A stretch of DNA of 64,000 bases from Patescibacteria group bacterium. GTDB taxonomy: Bacteria; Patescibacteriota; JAHJAL01. The notes under the pieces are model-generated. The model saw only the letters and a list, made by a program, of their open reading frames with translations, was not told the DNA's origin and made no database searches. The position numbers and the translations under genes are program-made. Shown here in pieces: positions 1 through 8,966 of the stretch (position 1 is the first letter of the stretch; the number at the start of each line of letters is the position of its first letter). Location: contig JBMORM010000009.1 of assembly GCA_049322675.1 (NCBI GenBank), forward strand, positions 158,132 through 222,131. The letters are read 5' to 3'.

Positions 1-558
1 GGTTACCATAGTGACGAAATATTAAGTTTGGAGCAATTGCCTTTGAAATACGTCGGCTTTTCACACTGTTTTAGAACTGAAGACGGAAGTTATGGCAAAT
101 ATGCCAAAGGTCTGTATAGGGTACATCAATTTTCCAAAGTAGAAATGTTTATATTTTGTCAGCCGGAAGATAGTGAGAAACACCACCAAGAGATGCTAAG
201 TATCGAAGAAGAAATTTTTCAGGAATTGAAACTTCCATACCGCGTTTTGTTACAATGTGCCGGAGATGTGGGCGCGCCTTGTGCCAAAACATATGATATT
301 GAAGCGTGGATGCCTAGTCGAAAGACTTATGGCGAAGTAACCAGCACTTCCAATACCACTTCTTTTCAATCGCGCCGACTCAATATCCGTTACAAAAATA
401 TTAACGCCGAAAACGATTTTGTCCATATGCTCAATGGAACCACCATGACAAATAGCCGTATTCCTTTAGCAATATTGGAAAATTATCAACAAGCCGATGG
501 CAGTATAAAAATTCCTGAAGCGCTAGTCAAATACACCGGATTTGACAAAATTGGCTAG
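1..558 (+). CDS. serS: Seryl-tRNA synthetase, C-terminal part (5' end lies outside the window)
   Basis: Class II aaRS motifs [47 protein letters not shown]; frame is open from base 1. Confidence 0.97.
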   Translation, partial: GYHSDEILSLEQLPLKYVGFSHCFRTEDGSYGKYAKGLYRVHQFSKVEMFIFCQPEDSEKHHQEMLSIEEEIFQELKLPYRVLLQCAGDVGAPCAKTYDIEAWMPSRKTYGEVTSTSNTTSFQSRRLNIRYKNINAENDFVHMLNGTTMTNSRIPLAILENYQQADGSIKIPEALVKYTGFDKIG

Positions 559-609
559 GTTTAGACCTTATCAATTATTAGTTTCAAATATAAATATGCA
601 AGGAGAGTT

Positions 610-1152
610 ATGCAATTGATTTTGTCTTCAAGAAAAGTTGACGTTACACCTGATGTTAGAGCTTATGTGGAAGAAAAGATGGGGAAAATCGGTAATTATT
701 TTGACCGAGTGATTAGTGTGCGAGTCGAATTGGAAAGAGAATTGCGTCGAGATGATGGTAAAGAATTTGGCTGCGAAATACTACTGTCTGTTCCGGGCAG
801 GCAATTGCGTGTGGGACAAAGAGGAAAAGAACTATATGAATCAATCGACTTGGCCGAACAGGCTTTACAGGGCCAAATAAAGTCTTTCAAAGGAAAAATG
901 ATTGATGAAGCGCGTCAAGCAAAAGAAAGTATCAAAAATATTCCTGATCCATCGCTTGCGGTCGCAAAAGATGATGATGATTATGAATATATGTATCAAA
1001 TTGGTCAGGAACCAATGACTTTGGACGAAGCCAAACAACAGATGCAATTGTTGGGGCATGATTTTTATGTTTTTACCAATATTGAAACCGGAAAAACAAA
1101 TACGGTTTACAAGAAACAAGATGGAAGATTTGGGGTGATCGTGGAAAAATAG
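610..1152 (+). CDS. hpf: Ribosome hibernation promoting factor (long HPF/RaiA)
   Basis: N-terminal S30AE fold (YVEEKMGKI..LYESID) and C-terminal PMTLDEAKQQMQLLGHDFYVF; RBS aggag. Confidence 0.93.
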   Translation: MQLILSSRKVDVTPDVRAYVEEKMGKIGNYFDRVISVRVELERELRRDDGKEFGCEILLSVPGRQLRVGQRGKELYESIDLAEQALQGQIKSFKGKMIDEARQAKESIKNIPDPSLAVAKDDDDYEYMYQIGQEPMTLDEAKQQMQLLGHDFYVFTNIETGKTNTVYKKQDGRFGVIVEK

Positions 1153-1178
1153 GAAAAATTAATATTACCTTGTTTCAC

Positions 1179-1208
1179 AAAAAATAGACCACATCCGGTC
1201 TATTTTTT
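1179..1208 (+). terminator. Intrinsic terminator, probably bidirectional
   Basis: aaaaaatagacc-acatcc-ggtctatttttt between convergent genes. Confidence 0.75.
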
Positions 1209-1231
1209 ATCTACACTTTAACTGTACATTG

Positions 1232-1645
1232 CTAGATTGATTTGCGTATTAGTTCAGATTGGAAAAAATGAAATATCTTTTTTATTTGGTTAATTTCTTT
1301 ATTACTCATTAAAATCGGTAGTTTTTCAGTTTGGTCAATCAGACACCTTACTGCATTTTGGGTATTAAAAAGATAACTGGTGCGAGTGTGGAGTCTCGCC
1401 GCCTCGGGGTTGGCATAGTCAAGATCAACCGAGCCAGTCGGATTATTTTTTCCATCGGTAATAATGGCCTTGTTTATTTCATTGACGATATTGTTGATGA
1501 TCTCGCTTTTGTTGTTGGTGGTGACATTCATTAAAACCAAGTCAAAAATATATAACCTGGATTTGTGATCTGAAGGAATGTCTTTCAGCGATAATTTTAA
1601 GACATGGTTTGGAATTGGATCAAAATCCATATTTCGACTTAGCAT
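1232..1645 (-). CDS. Hypothetical protein
   Basis: 137-aa ORF, RBS aaggaga, last gene of a co-oriented run. Confidence 0.7.
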   Translation of the reverse strand: MLSRNMDFDPIPNHVLKLSLKDIPSDHKSRLYIFDLVLMNVTTNNKSEIINNIVNEINKAIITDGKNNPTGSVDLDYANPEAARLHTRTSYLFNTQNAVRCLIDQTEKLPILMSNKEINQIKKIFHFFQSELIRKSI

Positions 1646-1653
1646 ATTTCTCC

Positions 1654-2268
1654 TTAAATTTTTTCTAAATATTCTTTTACCTGGACAAAGGTCGATATTT
1701 TTTCCGGGGAATTTTGATTGTATTTGAGATAATTTACGATAAAGTTTAACAGTTTGGTTGCATTAATCATTTTCGAATCGGACGCACATTTTTGGATCGA
1801 TTCTATCAATTCTTCTTTAAATAATTGGTAGTCCAAACTTTTTTTCGTTTTGAGGGAAGCATCAAGATATTGCTTTATCGCCAACAACGCTCTTTGCTTA
1901 ACATCAATGATTACTTTTTTGTGCTCAGGTTTATGACTTGAATCGGATATTTTGGCAATATCAGTTTCAACCAACAACTCGATCATTTTTCCAAATGCTT
2001 CGATCGAGTCAGAAGAACAAACTACCTGATCTTTGGGAAATATTTTTATGACTTTGTTGATAACATTTTTGTATCCGTTATCAACCAGAAAATTACGGAA
2101 CGAGTCGTGGGCCAAGATAGCATTGTTGATTTCAAAAACGGCATTATTGTCGTGATTAGCCTTAATCAAGGATTTAAGAAAAACCAGAAATTGACTATAA
2201 GAATAATACTTATCAGTCAAAATGAGGTCTTCCGAGTTTGTTTCATAATTTTTGGCGATTTGTTCCAT
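1654..2268 (-). CDS. Hypothetical protein
   Basis: 204-aa ORF, tightly spaced with neighbours. Confidence 0.75.
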   Translation of the reverse strand: MEQIAKNYETNSEDLILTDKYYSYSQFLVFLKSLIKANHDNNAVFEINNAILAHDSFRNFLVDNGYKNVINKVIKIFPKDQVVCSSDSIEAFGKMIELLVETDIAKISDSSHKPEHKKVIIDVKQRALLAIKQYLDASLKTKKSLDYQLFKEELIESIQKCASDSKMINATKLLNFIVNYLKYNQNSPEKISTFVQVKEYLEKI

Positions 2269-2273
2269 ATTTT

Positions 2274-3029
2274 TTAACCTATTTCAATGTTGTGTTTGAT
2301 GGCTTTAAGAGTGTTTTCTTTCTGACGAATTCTTTGAATGAGATCATCGATAATTTTAACGACAGTGATATGCGATTCGTCGGTGATTTCGAGTTGATCT
2401 TGGTCAATCATTTCAAGATAGGATTTCAATGGAAGTAATTCGGACGGACAGGTGATGGGCTGATTTAGATATTCAGGCATTAATTCAATTATTTTGATTA
2501 GATCATTGTTCTCAACTCTATGCTGCGGATTTGTTTCCATTTTTTTATTGATAGCAACAACACTTTTCATTTCCTGTCGATATTCGATATTTTTGATTAT
2601 TCCTTGCAGGAATTTTTCTTGAGGAATTTGTGTTCCTTTGAAAGGATCCATTTTGGCGCGCAACAATTCTATCAGATTTTTTTTATCAAAATTGAGTGAT
2701 TTTAGACATGGCAGAATAATTTTGGAGAATTCTTCATGATTTAAGTCAATTTCCTCTCTGCTATTTAAAGAAAGAATGAGCGAAGAGAGGATATAATCAT
2801 TTTTAATTATCACGGCCTCGGAGTTGGCGCATAAATCGATGTATGCTCGATCAAGTTCATGTTGTTTGAAGTGTTTTCGATCTCTTTTGACGATGTCGAT
2901 TATCGCTTGAGAAAGTTGTAATTGCTTATCTTTTTCTAGAAATTTTGAATCGACCCGACTCCAAGCGTGGTGGATTGGTTCTGAATCTTGTTGATTTGAC
3001 ATACGAGGAAAATTTTCAAAATGATCCAT
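2274..3029 (-). CDS. Hypothetical protein
   Basis: 251-aa ORF. Confidence 0.75.
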   Translation of the reverse strand: MDHFENFPRMSNQQDSEPIHHAWSRVDSKFLEKDKQLQLSQAIIDIVKRDRKHFKQHELDRAYIDLCANSEAVIIKNDYILSSLILSLNSREEIDLNHEEFSKIILPCLKSLNFDKKNLIELLRAKMDPFKGTQIPQEKFLQGIIKNIEYRQEMKSVVAINKKMETNPQHRVENNDLIKIIELMPEYLNQPITCPSELLPLKSYLEMIDQDQLEITDESHITVVKIIDDLIQRIRQKENTLKAIKHNIEIG

Positions 3030-3119
3030 AAAAATATAGATAGTTGCTAAATAAACAGAACTATCTATATTTTATAAGCTATCTTATTTTTCGTCTAGGC
3101 TTTTGTCTTAGTTATCTCG

Positions 3120-3509
3120 CTATATTCTATTTTGTGGTATTTCTTTTCCCAAAATATCGGCAATTGTTTTTACGAGATATTCCAAGGGTTTGAGTACTTT
3201 TTTTTGTAATTCCTGCATATTACGCATCATGTTTTCATGATTCTCTGTTTCATCGACACTGCCGAACGAATGAAATTTTTTTAGATTGTCGTATCGGCGG
3301 CAGCAATATTGAAAAAAATCATCAGAATCTTCTTGAAAATCAACATTGTCCCTGATTTGCCCTAGTGTCAATTTAATACTTATGTCATTTTTCTTGTCTT
3401 TTAGATATTCTTCCAAAAAATTCTTAATTTCGATTTTTTGTTGATGCCAATCGGAATTTGTGGTAGTAGTTTTTTCTTCAATGGTTCTCATATTATCTCT
3501 CGAATGCAT
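3120..3509 (-). CDS. Hypothetical protein
   Basis: 129-aa ORF; the start may be the second Met at 3491. Confidence 0.65.
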   Translation of the reverse strand: MHSRDNMRTIEEKTTTTNSDWHQQKIEIKNFLEEYLKDKKNDISIKLTLGQIRDNVDFQEDSDDFFQYCCRRYDNLKKFHSFGSVDETENHENMMRNMQELQKKVLKPLEYLVKTIADILGKEIPQNRI

Positions 3510-3723
3510 TAATTATTTTTTTTAATTCGTCGATTTCTTGTTCCAATTTTTTTCTGGTTAATTGAGAATCTAAAAGACGGTTCGTCAATTTTGCCTCTTC
3601 TTCTTTGAGAAAATTATAAAAATGTTCTTTGGCGGCAAGTTCTGATTTCAAATAACCAACTTGTTCTTTTTGTTCGTCTTTATCGAATTTATTTTCGATA
3701 ATATTTCCATCGGATAGTTTCAT
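3493..3723 (-). CDS. Hypothetical small coiled-coil protein
   Basis: 76-aa E/K-rich heptad pattern. Confidence 0.6.
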   Translation of the reverse strand: MKLSDGNIIENKFDKDEQKEQVGYLKSELAAKEHFYNFLKEEEAKLTNRLLDSQLTRKKLEQEIDELKKIINAFER

Positions 3724-3788
3724 AAATGCAAAAAATATACTCAGCTAAAGTGTTCTGAGTATATTTTATAGGCGTTTGCGGGTTTTGA

Positions 3789-4298
3789 CTAGTTTTTCGT
3801 TTTTACATCAAATTTTTCGGAAATAAAATTGATAAAATCCTCGGGTTTAAATTCTTCTGTTTCTAATATTTTTCTCACTATTTTCTTCTTTGTTTTAGTA
3901 TCTTCGGGCATTTCTACATATTTGTAGGTAACTCTTTTGATTCCTCCAAAGTATTCATAAGGCAATCTTTCTCTTTTTTCCAATAAATCTTTCAATTTGC
4001 CTATTTCTTTGTTTTGTTCGTTATTTTCTTTCTCGAGTATTTTAAGTCTTATTTCTTGTTCTTCAATTTTTTTATTCAAATTGTTTAGGTCCTTCTGATA
4101 GTCTTTGAGAACGTCAACAAATGGCTCGTAAACGTAGTTTTTGTATTCAGGATCATCGAAGATATCTCGATTTCTTTCGCTTTTCGAAAAATTTAAATCC
4201 ATTTCTTTTTCTGCATCTTCAAAATTTAGTTTGGGACCAGCAAGATAATTTTCTTTTGGTTTATTATTTTCTGATTGATAGTCGGGGTTAAATTTCAT
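3789..4298 (-). CDS. Hypothetical coiled-coil protein
   Basis: 169-aa ORF. Confidence 0.7.
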   Translation of the reverse strand: MKFNPDYQSENNKPKENYLAGPKLNFEDAEKEMDLNFSKSERNRDIFDDPEYKNYVYEPFVDVLKDYQKDLNNLNKKIEEQEIRLKILEKENNEQNKEIGKLKDLLEKRERLPYEYFGGIKRVTYKYVEMPEDTKTKKKIVRKILETEEFKPEDFINFISEKFDVKTKN

Positions 4299-4443
4299 AA
4301 TTTTGTGTTAATAATTAAAAAGCACGAGGTATTACAGTAACACTATATTCTTTCTATGTCAATGGTAATTTTTGCGTGACTATCCCTTTACAGCAAGTAA
4401 TATCTGTGATAACCTAGATATAGACTTACTTCTAACCTAATTT

Positions 4444-5286
4444 ATGTCTTACACAATCCGACAATTTAATCTCGATTTTCCCTCCGATAATGCTTGTCTC
4501 GACTACATTTTTGACCAAAGATATGGCAAAGATTTAATCTGTCCCAAATGCCACAAACAGGGATTTCACAGAGTTTCTCTTCGCAAATGTTACGCTTGTG
4601 CCTGGTGTGGTCATCAAATACATCCCTTGGCCGGTACAATATTTCACAAATCTTCTACCAAATTGACTAACTGGTTTTATGCTATTTTTGTTGCTTCTCA
4701 ATCTAGGAACGGAGTAGCAGCCAAAGAACTACAAAGAACACTTGGCGTTACTTATAAATGTGCTTGGCGAATGGCCAAAAAGATCAGAGAACTCATGAAA
4801 CAAAACAGAGACATACTAGGAGGCATTATCGAGGCTGACGAAACATACATCGGAGGTAGGGCTCACAATGAAAATAAATTTGATAATAAGTCTTCGGTCA
4901 TAGGAGCCGTTGAAAGAAAAGGTCGGGCAAGAGTTAAAAAAGTTGACGATATAAGCCGAAGCGTAGTTATAAAGTATCTACAAAAAAATATTTCTCCTGA
5001 ATCGCATTTAATGACAGACGAAAGTTCTGTATATAAAAAATCTCCCTACAAAAGGGAGACAGTTAATCATCATTTGAAAGAATATGTCCGAGGTAATGTT
5101 CACACTAATTCTATCGAGGGATTGTGGAGTTTAATCAAACGTTCTATTGATGGGACTTATCATTGTGTTTCTGATAAACATCTACAACACTATCTCGACG
5201 AGTTTGTTTTTCATTATAATCATCGCCAGGACGATCAACCGATTTTTTCTTTACTGTTGGAGAGAGTGGTAAAGAAGCCTTCTTAA
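4444..5286 (+). CDS. IS1595-family (ISXO2-like) DDE transposase
   Basis: Zn ribbon CPKC..CAWC, HTH, IEADETYIGG, LMTDE, HTNSIEGLWSLIKR, YLDEFVFHYN. Confidence 0.96.
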   Translation: MSYTIRQFNLDFPSDNACLDYIFDQRYGKDLICPKCHKQGFHRVSLRKCYACAWCGHQIHPLAGTIFHKSSTKLTNWFYAIFVASQSRNGVAAKELQRTLGVTYKCAWRMAKKIRELMKQNRDILGGIIEADETYIGGRAHNENKFDNKSSVIGAVERKGRARVKKVDDISRSVVIKYLQKNISPESHLMTDESSVYKKSPYKRETVNHHLKEYVRGNVHTNSIEGLWSLIKRSIDGTYHCVSDKHLQHYLDEFVFHYNHRQDDQPIFSLLLERVVKKPS

Positions 5287-5346
5287 GAAGGGAAAAGAAA
5301 AGTTCTTTGTTTGTTACTTTTTTGGACATTCTTAAGATGTTTTTTC

Positions 5347-5568
5347 TTATTTGATAGTGGTACAACTAAAATCATCGAGATTTTCACGCATAAAAGCTGC
5401 AATTTCTTTTGCTCTTTCGTAAGATGTGCCTTTGGGAAGTTCAAAGCTATACATAAACTGTCTTTGAGTATCTGGTGGTGCCATATATGGCTCAAAGCAA
5501 ATCCATGGCTGGCCTCCTTCGTATTCCTTCACGGTAAATACATATTTTCCTCTCGTTGTGTCACCCAT
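5347..5568 (-). CDS. IS passenger, small hypothetical protein
   Basis: 73-aa ORF with RBS aagga. Confidence 0.55.
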   Translation of the reverse strand: MGDTTRGKYVFTVKEYEGGQPWICFEPYMAPPDTQRQFMYSFELPKGTSYERAKEIAAFMRENLDDFSCTTIK

Positions 5569-5614
5569 GTTAAATCCTTTGTATTAGGGAACTATATACA
5601 TTATTACCATAATT

Positions 5615-5944
5615 TTATTTACTACTAGTAGAAATATATGTGAAAATTATTGTAATGATGGAAATAATAATTGGTATCCAAAAACTGATGTTTTTCCACC
5701 AAAATTCATCATTATATTCCTTAGCTGATTCTTTAGCATGAATTTTTATTTTCGACCGACCATCACCAGAGTCTATTACTTCAAGAGCAATATTCTTTAC
5801 ATCTTTTTGGAATTCTTGGAATCTTTCATTGGAATAACATTTATCTACTTTTTGCTTTAATTTTTCCTCTAACGCATCAATGTCGCTAGTTTTAGCGACA
5901 TCTTTTAATTCATCTGGGATAGGTTTATTCGCTTTGGGTGGCAT
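5615..5944 (-). CDS. IS passenger, hypothetical protein with C-terminal TM anchor
   Basis: C-terminal FWIPIIISIITIIFTYI. Confidence 0.7.
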   Translation of the reverse strand: MPPKANKPIPDELKDVAKTSDIDALEEKLKQKVDKCYSNERFQEFQKDVKNIALEVIDSGDGRSKIKIHAKESAKEYNDEFWWKNISFWIPIIISIITIIFTYISTSSK

Positions 5945-6185
5945 CTGTATCGTTTTGTTTAATAAGTTGTTGCGATGGTGTTAAAACAACCTTTTTTTCT
6001 CCTTCGTCAACATACAATACATTTTTCTCCGCTTTGAGTAATGCAAACAAAGCAAAGCGTAACATTGCTTGTTCATCAACAAATCCAAATTTATCAACAA
6101 CGTCTTTTAACGCCTGCAAATCACCGTTATCAATAGATAATTTCATTAATTTTTCGGTTGATTCTGGTAGTTTTTTTATTGCCAT
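5925..6185 (-). CDS. IS passenger, small hypothetical protein (possibly ribbon-helix-helix-like)
   Basis: 86-aa ORF overlapping the next gene; beta-alpha-alpha-like pattern is an inference. Confidence 0.6.
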   Translation of the reverse strand: MAIKKLPESTEKLMKLSIDNGDLQALKDVVDKFGFVDEQAMLRFALFALLKAEKNVLYVDEGEKKVVLTPSQQLIKQNDTDATQSE

Positions 6186-6240
6186 ATTGAACCCTTTTTA
6201 TTTATTTTAATTATAACTTTTGTTTTTAAACTAAGCAATT

Positions 6241-6268
6241 TTGACATCTTTTCCCAAATCAGTATGAT
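6241..6268 (+). promoter_or_regulatory. Sigma70-type promoter
   Basis: TTGACA (6241-6246), 16-bp spacer, TATGAT (6263-6268). Confidence 0.6.
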
Positions 6269-6327
6269 AGAGGCGTTAATAAAATTTAGTGCCTAAACTT
6301 TGTATTTATACAAAGCATGGCGACAAA

Positions 6328-6472
6328 ACCTTACCTATAAAGATGGTCTTTCGACCAGCTATCTGTAGGTAAGGTCTATACCCGAAAGGATATAGGGTGG
6401 TTCTCGCAAGGGAATTACCGGCTGGTTCGGGAGACCTTTTTTGTTTGCCCAAATCAGAAAAACCTTACCTAC
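6328..6472 (+). ncRNA. Candidate structured cis-regulatory RNA (unassigned)
   Basis: Consecutive hairpins, two capped by GAAA and GCAA tetraloops, with G-U pairs; duplicated accttaccta segment. Confidence 0.5.
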
Positions 6473-6495
6473 TTATTTTTATTTGAGGAACAAGT

Positions 6496-6960
6496 ATGAA
6501 AAAATGTCCTTATTGTGCCGAAGAGATTCAAGATGAAGCAGTATTTTGTAAACACTGTAAGACAAATCTCGAACAAAGGCCAAAACAAGATAATCAACCA
6601 GTACAGACAAATACTACCATTGTAAAACAAATCAATACTGCACCAAATTATTGCCTATGGGGTGGAGGTTGCTGTGCCTTACTTTTACTATCACCAATAT
6701 TATTACCATTGTTTGGTTTAGGAGGATTGATTGGGTTTAGTATCTTTTTATATATCGCTCCTGTGGTTATTGGAGCTATTATTAGTTTTATTATTTTTAA
6801 ATATACAAAATGGTCAAATAAAAAGACGATTATAACTAATATACTAATTATTTCAGCAATTCTTACAGTTCTTTGGATAATACTGTTATCTTATGCGAAC
6901 TCGCAATCATCTCAAACAAATAATATTTCTCATTCTATTACAGAAAATCAGTTAAAGTAA
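6496..6960 (+). CDS. Zinc-ribbon membrane protein
   Basis: [21 protein letters not shown] followed by about 3 TM segments; RBS gagga. Confidence 0.85.
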   Translation: MKKCPYCAEEIQDEAVFCKHCKTNLEQRPKQDNQPVQTNTTIVKQINTAPNYCLWGGGCCALLLLSPILLPLFGLGGLIGFSIFLYIAPVVIGAIISFIIFKYTKWSNKKTIITNILIISAILTVLWIILLSYANSQSSQTNNISHSITENQLK

Positions 6961-7113
6961 ATTTCACCACTTGTCTAAATGTCAGTTTGGAACATATGAT
7001 TAAAGAGCGGACATCCTTGTCTAAAGTTAATACATGGTTTGACCACTTGACCGTATTTAACGGCAGACGGGTTGGGTCGGACTCGTTCATTAATCTTTTT
7101 TACAAGGATTTAT

Positions 7114-7290
7114 ATGAAAAAAACATATAAACCAGGAGAAAAAGCAAAAATTTCTGGTTAATACAGACTTCTAAATTTATCTGGAAAATCTATGAAAATA
7201 GAAGTCACGGTTGTTGCAGGAAAAATCTTGCCACCCACTCCAAAACCTAAGATGAAGTATCGTCTAATAGACATTACTAAACATCGCTAA
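7114..7290 (+). pseudogene. YjzC-like small protein with an in-frame TAA
   Basis: MKKTYKPGEKAKISG*YRLL...EVTVVAGKILPPTPKPKMKYRLIDITKHR; stop at 7159-7161 where the family has SGQY; RBS aagga. Confidence 0.7.
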
Positions 7291-7668
7291 TAGGTAGAAA
7301 AAGGATGTCCGCCATTTTTTGATTGTGTAATCTATTTCACTAAAAATCCATTTTACAATTATTCTAGCCGTAATCATTGTTTCTATCAAAGTACCCGCAA
7401 TAATCAATGACAAAACATAACCAACTTTATCCAATACACCAAAGATAAAAGCAGAAATAAGAATAGCGAAAACAATAATATTTTGCCATTTCAATAAATC
7501 AATAAAGAATTTCCCATACGATGATCTATTATTGAGTCGCCATTTAATATCTTCAGTTCTCAACTCAAACAAATCTGACTGTTGTTTTAGTTCTTCTTTT
7601 TGTTGTTCTTGATCAATATCATTCTTGGAGAAATCTGTACTTATTTTGATATTTGGATTTTCCGACAT
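7264..7668 (-). CDS. Hypothetical protein with about 2 TM segments
   Basis: Two hydrophobic helices; coupled to the upstream peptidase gene. Confidence 0.75.
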   Translation of the reverse strand: MSENPNIKISTDFSKNDIDQEQQKEELKQQSDLFELRTEDIKWRLNNRSSYGKFFIDLLKWQNIIVFAILISAFIFGVLDKVGYVLSLIIAGTLIETMITARIIVKWIFSEIDYTIKKWRTSFFYLLAMFSNVY

Positions 7669-7670
7669 AT

Positions 7671-8189
7671 CTAAGCAATTAATCCTAAGTTTTTCAGTCT
7701 AAAAAACATAGCTGTTTTGGATACAATAAAAATATTGGCCATTTCTTCCCAATCGTGAGAGTAACCCCAATATATTTCTACCAATTTTTTTGGCATCAAT
7801 AAACTTGCGGCAAACAGATTAGCTTCTTGTTCTCTCTCATTAGTTTCTCCAGAAAGATTTAATGCTTGCTGGCGATAAAAAGTTTCTTCACCTAAATCAG
7901 AATGTAAATAAAAATGGCCTAACTCGTGAGCAATCGTAAAGATTTGTCTTCTTATATTTTCTGAACTAGAAACATATATCTTTTTTTCTTGTTTATTATA
8001 GTAACCTGAAACATTTTCATCTTTAAATTTTGCCTGTAAAATTTTTAAACCTGTTTGATCTAATATAGCTGATGCTTTTATTGGTGGTTTAATATTTTCA
8101 ATATAACCGTAGTAGGTTTCTAATATATCTACGGTTTTTGCTTCTATTTCTTGTTTTTTTTCTTTTATTAATACCATATTCGTATTCAT
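7671..8189 (-). CDS. ImmA/IrrE-family metallopeptidase
   Basis: RQIFTIAHELGHFYLH and EQEANLFAASLLMP. Confidence 0.92.
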   Translation of the reverse strand: MNTNMVLIKEKKQEIEAKTVDILETYYGYIENIKPPIKASAILDQTGLKILQAKFKDENVSGYYNKQEKKIYVSSSENIRRQIFTIAHELGHFYLHSDLGEETFYRQQALNLSGETNEREQEANLFAASLLMPKKLVEIYWGYSHDWEEMANIFIVSKTAMFFRLKNLGLIA

Positions 8190-8272
8190 TTTAATATTTT
8201 CTATCTATTTCTATTATACTGTAGCCTAGGCTACTTTTTAAGTTGATAAGTTGCTTACCAGAATCAAAATTT

Positions 8273-8698
8273 CTATTTGTTTTTCTCTTTCTTTGCTTCT
8301 TTTGTTGTTTTAGAAAAGGTGATTTTTTTATTTTTACACGAAATAGTAACATCCATGCCTAATTGTTGTAAAAATTCTAAACCTGCCAGACAACCATTCA
8401 GGTTTGAAAAAATAGCCAAATGACCAGCAATACACTTACCCTCAAAGTAAACCAAAATAAGATTCTCTTTTACGATAATCTCTTCTCCATAGGCTTGGAA
8501 ACATTTTACCTCTCTACTGTGTAATGCTTTAGCTTTATTAGCTATTTCGGGAGGAGCAGCAATAAAACCGTTATAACCTGTATCTAATGCCGCTAAAATT
8601 ATTTGATTTTCATTACCACATATCGTAATAGGCAGATTAATCAACAATTTTCCATTTTCGTTCTCTTCTATATCAAAAGTGATGCTTTTCGATTCCAT
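8273..8698 (-). CDS. Clan AA (retropepsin-like) aspartyl protease
   Basis: ALDTGYNG catalytic motif and LAGLEFL motif. Confidence 0.75.
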   Translation of the reverse strand: MESKSITFDIEENENGKLLINLPITICGNENQIILAALDTGYNGFIAAPPEIANKAKALHSREVKCFQAYGEEIIVKENLILVYFEGKCIAGHLAIFSNLNGCLAGLEFLQQLGMDVTISCKNKKITFSKTTKEAKKEKNK

Positions 8699-8966
8699 GT
8701 AAGGCTTCTCCCAACGTATGAAAATAAAGAAACTCTCCAGCTATATTTTTTTGCTGATACCTAGTTAAATAATAATCATCGAGATGGGCAATAAGCAAGC
8801 CTTGTACAGGGTCGATAGCAATATAATGTTTTAAAGTAATTCTGTTTTTAATAATATCTTGATTTTTTTCTAACAGTTGAGTCGATATCCCGACGAAATC
8901 CTTATCGTCTATTCTTTGTTTTAACTTCTCACCCTTTAATTTTAATTTCATGACTTTTTTTGACAT
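8673..8966 (-). CDS. Hypothetical protein coupled to the aspartyl protease
   Basis: 97-aa ORF overlapping the protease start; YIAIDP motif. Confidence 0.6.
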   Translation of the reverse strand: MSKKVMKLKLKGEKLKQRIDDKDFVGISTQLLEKNQDIIKNRITLKHYIAIDPVQGLLIAHLDDYYLTRYQQKNIAGEFLYFHTLGEALHGIEKHHF

